Shown here: positions 55,367 to 64,000 of the stretch, one piece after another
Position numbering within the stretch: position 1 is the first letter of the stretch
Layout: every line of letters starts with the position of its first letter
Assembly: GCF_006345805.1 (NCBI RefSeq)
Contig: NC_042998.1
Location: 129,890,001-129,954,000 of the forward strand
DNA: 64,000 nt
Source of the DNA: Octopus sinensis
Lineage: Eukaryota
Direction of reading: 5' to 3'
Translations under genes and position numbers: made by a program
The notes under the pieces: generated by a model
Databases searched by the model: none
The model's input: only the letters and a program-made list of their open reading frames with translations
What the model was told of the DNA's origin: nothing

Positions 55367-56819
55367 ATATACTGTCGATTTAAGTGGACTTTAGTATTCC
55401 ACTTTAATGGCATGTTTATCTAATTGAATAAGCCGATAAAGACGAAACTTGTAATCTGAGTCAAATTAATAATAATATTATTAATGATATTAAATTAATA
55501 ATAATATTATCATTAATACTATTATTTATTAATAATAAAACAACATTATCAATAAAATTTACTCTTCTAACTGCGTAGAATCACATCATCAGTCACGGTT
55601 TCAATATTTCTGTATATTCTCTACAACATCAAATAATACAAATGCATCTCTCTGTTGATATATGTGACTGACAACAATAAACTTCATATTGAACATACCA
55701 CCGTTGAGAGTCAGGTGTACATTTATTCAATGCAATCACATAGTATGTTCGGCTGATGCTTCACAGAAGACAGATGGCTGACATGACAACCAGTAGAATG
55801 TTTTCCTCCTTTAATTACTATAATGCACATATTGACTATAATTTCGTATCTAAATTGTAGCAGCAGTATCTACGCAATTTTGATTAAATTACGCTACTTT
55901 CAAAATACTAAAATTTACACTATCCGACCAAGAAAGATATGACACAGAATCAAAATAACATCTAGATATTCTAAAAGATTATCTACATTGCATTATGTCC
56001 ACAATGTAAATTATTACTGTACACAATAATGTTTCTTTTCCTCACGCAGTAAGGACATACACAATAGGATGAAAAGAAATGTTTCACCCAAACAAGAATG
56101 GTGTTATTTTCAATTGGGTATCAGAACTTCAGTTTCCAACTCTTTCCTAATAGTTGTTTCAAGTCCAAATAATATAATTTTGATTTCTTACGAAGAGTAA
56201 TAATGGCAATTTAATAATAATAAAAGGATGACAATCTGATGTTAAACAATGTTAATTTTTTAAGAACTAGATTCTATACCAATATGTGGCATCATGGACA
56301 TATGGTTTTTATCGTAGCCCTGTGAGTTTAATTTTCTTGACAAAAACTGTGTAGAAGTACATCAGATAGTTAATGTTTGTATTTTAAACACCAAGCCTTA
56401 TCACACACTGCGCCGCACTGTTTCCACCCGAGATTTAAGCTTTTGAGACCCGTGTCTATAAAATTCCATGAATAAAGACTTTGTTAGATAAAAAAAAAAA
56501 AAATATTCACAATCAAAACTGAAGTAAACTCCTTCCCATGCTTGTTTTCAAGTACAGTGTCATATCTTTTAATGTGCTGTTTTTCTAAGGTGGTAGAGTG
56601 TAAACTGGGTGATTTTTGGCAACTACATTTAGCAAGCCAAGCGGAATGGTAGCGAATCCTCTCTTTACTAGTAAAGATTAGACACATATCTTGGTGCTTG
56701 ATAGCGTTGAATTCAAGTTCTGTGGTCGGCTCTTAAAACTACAACAACAAATTTTGTTAAATTTTCTTTGAAAAACTGTATTTGGTTATGGGAATAAAAT
56801 GCACCCTAGGAACGATATC

Positions 56820-57900
56820 AACAGCAGCAACCATCATTACATCATCATCATCATCATCATCAATATTAGTACTACAATCACGGCCATCAACCGACCAGCA
56901 CCATCGCCACTATCTGTACCGTCTTAACGATGTCTTGTACTACAAATTTCATCATAATCACCATCACCAACATCACAACCTCTACCACAACATCTACGAT
57001 GGCTATCACCAGCAACTCCGCGTTCATAAACCACACCACAAACACTTCTACTAACACAAAAGCCACTGCCACAACTACTTCAAGCACCATCAGCAGCAAT
57101 ACTAGCTCCGTTACCAACACAACCACCATCATCGCGATGAATGCAAGAGAAACCACCACTAGCCTCATACGGTGTTGGCCACTGCCTCAATCATTGCCAA
57201 CATCACCGCTACAACCAACACCATTGCAGTGAGCCTAAGCAAAACGACACAAGTGCCATCACCAGACGACAAGTATAACGGGCACCCTCAGAACCAACAC
57301 CACTACAGCCAACATCAACAAAATCTCAACCATTACAACCACCACCATAAAAAACCAACTGGTCCTGTACCGTTACCCCAACCACAGTATCAACCACTAT
57401 GTATAAGTTTAACCACCAATACTAATAATTGCATAAGCCCTAAAATCACCAGCACTACTTCAATGATCACCATCACCACTAACCACGACCAGCACCACGA
57501 CCACGACGACCACCACAAACACTGCTATCAGCACTACTTTGACAAACGCACACCGTTACCAAACTAACATCTACTAATCTCTCAACAACACCATCATATT
57601 CACCAACATCACCATTACTAACACCACTACCAGAGAGACCATTGCCTCCAACACCACTAACACCATTAACAACAATATGAACATCACATCTACAATTACC
57701 ACAAGCACTACACCGACTATCACTACCAACGACACTCACTTTATGACCATTATCCCCACTAGTATCATCACCAATCCTGCATGACCACTCAGATAAACAA
57801 CCACAGACTACAACCACTGCCTCCACCGGCAACAGCAGAAACAATAGTACCATCATCATCCTCATCCTCTTCATTGTCATCTTCATCATCACCATTATTA
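56820..57900. repeat. Degenerate CAC/CAT/AAC low-complexity block, C+A-rich on the plus strand
   Basis: Directly visible; yields Thr/His-rich pseudo-ORFs in several frames. Confidence 0.8.
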
Positions 57901-58610
57901 ATACGTTTCTGACTGATCATTTTGCCTCTGAATGATAACTTAATATCACCAATACTCATGCAGATTTATCATTTTTGAGAATCGCTATTCATGGCCCAGT
58001 AATACGAGTTAGTAAGCATGCATTAACCAAGCTTCATCAATTAGAAGCTGTAAACAAAGGAATTAATTTACAATAACTAAAAGAGATATGACGCTTCCAT
58101 TTATGATTTGCTCATTTTAGACAGTCGAATAATAATAATTGTAGCATTAAGCAATTAATTAATTAATTAAATGATTAATTAATAAATTAATTATATAAGC
58201 ACTATTGCTATTGGTGGAATAGCATTGCGTGTGCATACATTAGATTACATGTGAGGATCTATACGTGTATGAATACCTTTGATAAATACAAACAACCGTG
58301 CATGTATATGGAAATATATAAGAGCACATATTTGCAGATGTACAAAAACGCCCATAAGCACACCTGAAATACATTGATATAAATCATTAGCGAAGCACTA
58401 GTATGAGAATGTGTCTCCGTATTTACATAAGTTTGTATGTATGTATGTATGTATGTATGTATGTATGTATGTATGTATGTATGTATGTATGTATGTATGT
58501 ATGTGTGTATGTATGTGTGTATGTATGTATACGTGTATGTATGTATGTATGTATGCGTGTACGTGTGTGTCTATCTATACATACGCACACACACATATCT
58601 ATATATATGC

Positions 58611-58641
<31 letters not shown>

Positions 58642-59013
58642 TATATGTATGTGTGTGTTTACATACATACGCACACGTGAACATATTCTGACGTATTTAA
58701 TACATGCATACATATATATATATTAATATATATATATATGTATATACATATATTTGAGTATAAATGCAAGTATTTATATATATACATGTGTGTATGTGTG
58801 TGTGTGTGTGTGTGTACGCATTTGTGTCTGTATGTGCACATGTGTGTGTATGCATACTCGGCCACCTATTGCAGTGCTCTAAGCCATCTTCTTCATTTTA
58901 CCATATTAATGCGACAGCAGATATCCCTTCCCACACGAAGGGAAAAAGGGAAACAAAACAAAACAAATGAACATGAACCGGCAAACAATATAGATTTGCG
59001 TGTAAACGTATGC

Positions 59014-59055
<42 letters not shown>

Positions 59056-59954
59056 CTACATACATATAATTACACGCACATTTATACATATGTATGTGTA
59101 TATATATATATATATACACACACACATATTGCAATGTATGTGCATATCTCTAATTAAAACAAAAACAACTATGATAAAAGCACAAAGAACAACGACAGTA
59201 ACACGAATAATGTAGAGAACAATAGCAACCAGGCTGATTTGTAGGACGTTGTGTAAGCGTTCGTTATCAATAACTAGAATATCTTTTCTGCAAAATACTT
59301 TGTAATGGACTGAATATTTCCCATTGAGTTGGAGCAGGTGATGAAGATAGATGAAGTTTCATAGGGAATGAAGTATTGAGATGGAAATGAACGAAAAATT
59401 AGATGAATAATAAAAAAGGGAAAATACAAGCTAAGAATAGGAAAAGAGGGAGGAGAAAGTAGAAAAAAAATATGATGAGGAGGTGTAAGGAGAATACAAA
59501 GTGAAAACCGTTCCGCACACGGATCTACATCAATACTAATTGAAAGAAAATACAGAAAAGTAAAGTAAGCTAAGCAATAATAAATTCTTATACTACTACA
59601 ACTACTGTTCCTGTTAATACTAATACTAATACTGATGTTGATAATGATGATTATGATAACAATACTAATATAACAAAGAAAATTGATAAAAGAGAAATAA
59701 TACGAACAAGGGCAAAACACAAAGAAACTAAGAATAATAAAAAACATAGGAAATGCATATAAAGAACACAACAGCAAAATATTAATAATGACACGGAGAA
59801 TGAAGAAAAACAAGTGCTTTCAAGAAGAAATTCATTACAAGCAACGATATGGAAACTTAAAAATAAATAAGAAATAAATAAGAGAAAAATAAATAAAATG
59901 AAAGAGATAAAGGAATATCTGAAAATGGAAATCGCCTGCAGAACATACTTGTAA

Positions 59955-60006
59955 TATATATATATATATATATATACTACATGCTATACATATATACATA
60001 TATATA

Positions 60007-60080
<74 letters not shown>

Positions 60081-60088
60081 CATATATA

Positions 60089-60133
<45 letters not shown>

Positions 60134-60167
60134 ATGTATGCATATATATACATATATATATATATGC

Positions 60168-60217
<50 letters not shown>

Positions 60218-60510
60218 CACACACACATATATATACGTATGTATTTATATACCTTATATGAATGCATGTATGTTTATGTCCGTATGTGCGTATATTATTT
60301 ATTTATTTACTTATTTACCCATGCATCCGTTATGATTATTTATGCTTCCTAATGTCATGCTGACCCTAATACACACACATGAGTATGCATATATACAGGC
60401 ATCATACATATATATATATATATGTTTGTGTCTGTGTGTGTGTGTGTATGTTTGTGTGTGTATGTGTGTGTGTGTGAGTATATATATATGTATGTATTAT
60501 ATATATATGC

Positions 60511-60571
<61 letters not shown>

Positions 60572-60600
60572 GTGCATATATATATATATATTATATATAA
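59955..60600. repeat. Long (TA)n/(TG)n compound tract
   Basis: Directly visible. Confidence 0.95.
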
Positions 60601-61049
60601 ACAGATAAATAGGTTTTGATATGATATGCTTGTATATACAGACACACTCACACGCACACGAATACGCACACAATACACACAGAGGTTTGTATGACGATAT
60701 ACATTTATACAGTTATATAGGTAGGAGTACACACTACCCCCTGTTTTGTATATGTGTGTATTGTTGCGCAGAAATGTTGATAAATGAAAGTAATGGCAGA
60801 TGAAACTGACTGGTGAACAAAAGTTGCGATGCAGTTTTCGCGTCTCATTTTGGAAATGCTACACTTCGCATAATGTTGCCAATATTTTGAAGAACCAACG
60901 AAATCAGATGCGCCCTTACGAAGATGTTACCGATTAGGCTGACTGATTCGTAGCCGCATGATTTCCCGATCTAGTAAAAATAGTTGCCAAGCACAAACTA
61001 CCCGCTGACATCCTGAAATAAAGAAAGGAAAAAAAGAATGGGGGATGTC

Positions 61050-61570
61050 TTTATGGATTATTTATAGTTTGCCCTTGCTCTAAGGGTATCAGCTTCTTGT
61101 TTGATAGACTTTCAGTGTGGGTTACTCCCAACTAAACTACGTCATCCTCTTTGACGTCTTCAAAGCGAACATCGTATACAATTGATACATCTTTCCGAAT
61201 CTGATGCATACTTTTTATTTATGGAAGACTTGTAAATTCTCGGATAGAGTCTGGCCGCATATATATTTTCCAGGGACCATTCATCTCAGCTCATAGCGTA
61301 ATTATGTTATCTACGCACCCATACTGTTGAACTTCTTCCATAAATCTCTAGCTTAAGGTTTAAACTTCTGGTCAATTGTTTCAGCTAACAGGCCTTGAAC
61401 TTAGCTATCATCCTTTCATCCATTAGTTGGAACAAAGAAGTTGCACTCTCGGGAGGTATGTTCCACTTTCACATTATTGGAAGGCACGTTGAAGATCTTT
61501 CTGTGGCTCGGAAGATTGTGTTTTATGACAAAGATGTGTATGTGTAGAATATATTCTTTTACGAAATACA
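61050..61570 (-). mobile_element. Tigger/pogo-like DDE transposase fossil
   Basis: NVKVE then IPPESATSLFQLMDERMIAKFKAC (61459-61388) resembles LPPNTTSLIQPMDQGVIxxFKA; then DLWKKFN and FEDVKEDDV..ESLSNKKL, across stops and frameshifts. Confidence 0.78.
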
Positions 61571-61672
61571 GCGGCAAACTTACTTTACGTCCGTCAAAGC
61601 CAAGACGCTTTAAGAGTAAATATGCAACTATACTTACACATATACAACTAAATACATAGATGTATATACACT

Positions 61673-61703
<31 letters not shown>

Positions 61704-61806
61704 ACACAAGTATGTGTGTGTATGTACAATTATACATCTCTTATAATTTATGACTCCGAAGATGAACACCTGCATTCTTTATCCGTTAATCAGTATTTTG
61801 TGTCTG

Positions 61807-61859
<53 letters not shown>

Positions 61860-61865
61860 TGTGTT

Positions 61866-62510
61866 GTAAAAACAAAAACTAGGACAAGAACGCAGAACAC
61901 TCAGAAGACGACACAAAAAAGATGACGGGGCATTCGAAGCCTTCAGTCTTCAGTCAAGGCTGATTCGAAGCCTTCAGTCTTCAGTCAAGGCTGATTCGAA
62001 GCCTTCAGTCTTCAGTCAAGGCTGATTAACCTTTAGATTTCTCCAATCTGTCCAGCGCCGAGGAAAATCTAAGCTAAGCGCATTAGATTCCCTTGAAGAA
62101 AGCTTCGAATGTATACAAAACAAAGACGGAAAAACGGACGATGTTACACGAATAAGAATACAAAAATACGTAAAAACAATAATAATAATAATAATACGTA
62201 AAAACAATAATGATAATAATAATAACAAAAACAGGACGTCACAAACAGGCGTCTTTCGATAGGACGAGTAAACTTGAGCTGGCGTGTTAGGAATTTGCGC
62301 TAGGGCAGAGAGAAAAAAATGTGTGCTGCCGCGACGACTGCTAGACTCGAAGACCAGCAGTCGGTCAGTCAGTCACGTGTGAGGAGAAGAGAGAGGAAAA
62401 GAGGGACAGAGGAATCAAGGAGGGGAGAAGAGAGAGAAAAGGGGAACAAGGAATTAAGGAGGAGGAGAAGAGAGAGAGAGAGAGCGAGAAAGAGACAGAT
62501 TAAAGTGAAG
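61866..62510 (-). mobile_element. PLE pseudo-LTR-like non-coding block antisense to the downstream PLE fragment
   Basis: Lies immediately upstream of the PLE ORF fragment; resembles 42204-42812; orientation inferred. Confidence 0.45.
61932..62027. repeat. Perfect 31-bp tandem repeat x3
   Basis: ATTCGAAGCCTTCAGTCTTCAGTCAAGGCTG at 61932, 61963, 61994. Confidence 0.97.
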
Positions 62511-62526
62511 TGCATATATATATATA

Positions 62527-63200
62527 TTAGATACCCTAATCACCAGGAACTATCCACCTTCACTTATTGACAAGTGCATTCAACGTGCCCTTCAACTTAA
62601 CATCAAGGAACTGAGACATCCCAAATCAAAGAAAAACTTACAACCAAAAGCCTTACCATACATCTCCACACACAACCCTCTCAATAACGAAGCCTTCGAC
62701 ACCATCCTCCACAACATACCCCTCCTAAAAAAAGACCACAGAATGAACACAATCCTCCAAACACACACGATCATAAAAAGCAAAAGACAGCCTAGATCCA
62801 TGAAAAGTCTCCTTACACAAGCCCGAATTCACTCTTCAACACAGAAGCCGACAGTAAAAAATGTGGAAGACCCAATTGCGGGATATGCGACTATCTAATC
62901 GAGGGTTCTGAGTTCTCCTTCAAACAGGGACAACGGTTTACAGTGAAAAGCAACTTCACATGTGCTTCGGAGAACCTAATATACTCACTAACCTGCTCCG
63001 GGTGTCAAGAGCAGTACATAGGCCAAACAAAAAATGGTTTGTGTAAACGAATGGCCCTGCACAGATCCCAGATAAAAATTCCCCAAAACAGAAAAATAGC
63101 TTTTAGCCAACACATAGATACTTGCGCCAACAAAAAAACACCAAACTTCAGAAAATCTCTTTATTACAAAATACAAGCCACTTCTTAACGGGTCTACGAC
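62527..63200 (+). mobile_element. Penelope-like (Neptune-type) fragment: thumb/linker, Cys motif, GIY-YIG
   Basis: TRNYPPSLI..LPYISTHNP..KSKRQPRSMKSLLTQA, one base missing in the A-run 62856-62861, then CGRPNCGIC..FTCASENLIYSLTCSGCQEQYIGQT..RMALHRSQI..FSQHI; terminal KYKPLLN after an internal deletion. Confidence 0.92.
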
Positions 63201-63809
63201 AAACAATTAATATACCTCAACTTTAGAATAAAAGAAAAAAATATATATACACACACAAATACTACACACCATAGAATCCATTACTAATCAGCCCCTTCAT
63301 AGCTATATTTACACCCATTCATATTCTCCCTTCTCTGTTTTTTTGTTCTTCTTCTTCTTCCTCTTCTTCTTCATCATCATCGTTATCATCATCATCGGTA
63401 TCATCATCATCGCCACCATCATCACCACCATCTTCTCCTTCTCCTCCTTCTTCTTCTTCTTCATCATCATCGTTATCATCATCATCGTCGTCATAATCAT
63501 CACCACCATCACCATCATCGTCATCTTCTCCTTCTCCTTCTCCTTCTTCTTCTTCTTCTTCTTCTTCTTCTTCTTCTCCACCCCTACCCCTTAAGTTTGT
63601 CACTAATGTTTTTTAGAATAACACCTACGCTAATTCTATAAACAAGCCTGTCAATATAAATATTCTCCTGAATTGAACTGAGACTGCCAGCCGCCACTGA
63701 CCATTCAAAATACGACCATCAGGGCACTCCCAGATTCTCCCACCCCCTTTCCTCACCAGCCTTCCCTCTACTACCCTACCAAGAACTCACAACTACCTCG
63801 AACACACAA

Positions 63810-64000
63810 GTGAAAACAAGGGAGTCAGAGAAAGGCAGAATGCCACTTAAATCTGAACACTACTATAGAAATATTCTTTTAAAAAAACTTTTCTTCTAAG
63901 TTTTCTAAATTTAATTATTTAATCGTTACAGTTGAAAAGGTCTCAAAATGACCGAAACCGGTACTGAAATGTTCACTATAAAATTATTTTAGCATTTTCT
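63810..64000 (+). mobile_element. Second copy of the 42871 element body (no left TIR; cut by window end)
   Basis: One mismatch seen versus 42906-43095 over about 190 bp. Confidence 0.9.
63924..63971 (+). ncRNA. Minimal type I hammerhead ribozyme, U3-A8 core (identical to 43019-43066)
   Basis: Same sequence and fold. Confidence 0.8.

Noticed and set aside
56782-57895. Thr/His-rich mucin-like ORFs
   Set aside because: Open in several frames and on both strands of a degenerate trinucleotide block; frames break and no splice or domain support
61932-62027. CRISPR-like array
   Set aside because: Direct tandem units with no spacers, in eukaryotic context with no cas genes
21-63603. Most ORFs in the supplied track (poly-YI, HT, CV, I, L, N, D)
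   Set aside because: They are translations of di-, tri- and tetranucleotide microsatellites with no domain content

Overview
AT-rich, microsatellite-dense animal DNA, probably an intron or intergenic stretch of an octopus/cephalopod genome (inferred from composition and SINE types). I can support no intact host protein-coding exon, and nearly all ORF-track entries are translations of (TA)n/(CA)n/(TAT)n/(CAT)n tracts. The window holds fossil and recent retroelements: two or three tRNA-headed SINE families, several R4/Dong-like non-LTR fragments next to (AAT)n tracts, two Penelope-like (PLE) GIY-YIG fragments, a Tigger/pogo transposase remnant, a Helentron-like non-autonomous element and a tRNA-Glu-headed short element. 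The most notable signal is a set of minimal type I hammerhead ribozyme folds with non-canonical cores. A U3-A8 core occurs at 21544-21586 and, in a second family, as identical copies at 43019-43066 and 63924-63971. A U4C core lies at 3803-3837 on the minus strand. The 43019 copy sits in a 247-bp element with 28-bp terminal inverted repeats. Large fold-back structures occur at 17.5 kb, 20-21.5 kb and 47.8-49.2 kb, and a 982-bp tandem duplication at 35.9-37.6 kb. All alignments, folds and translations were done by eye; no searches were run.
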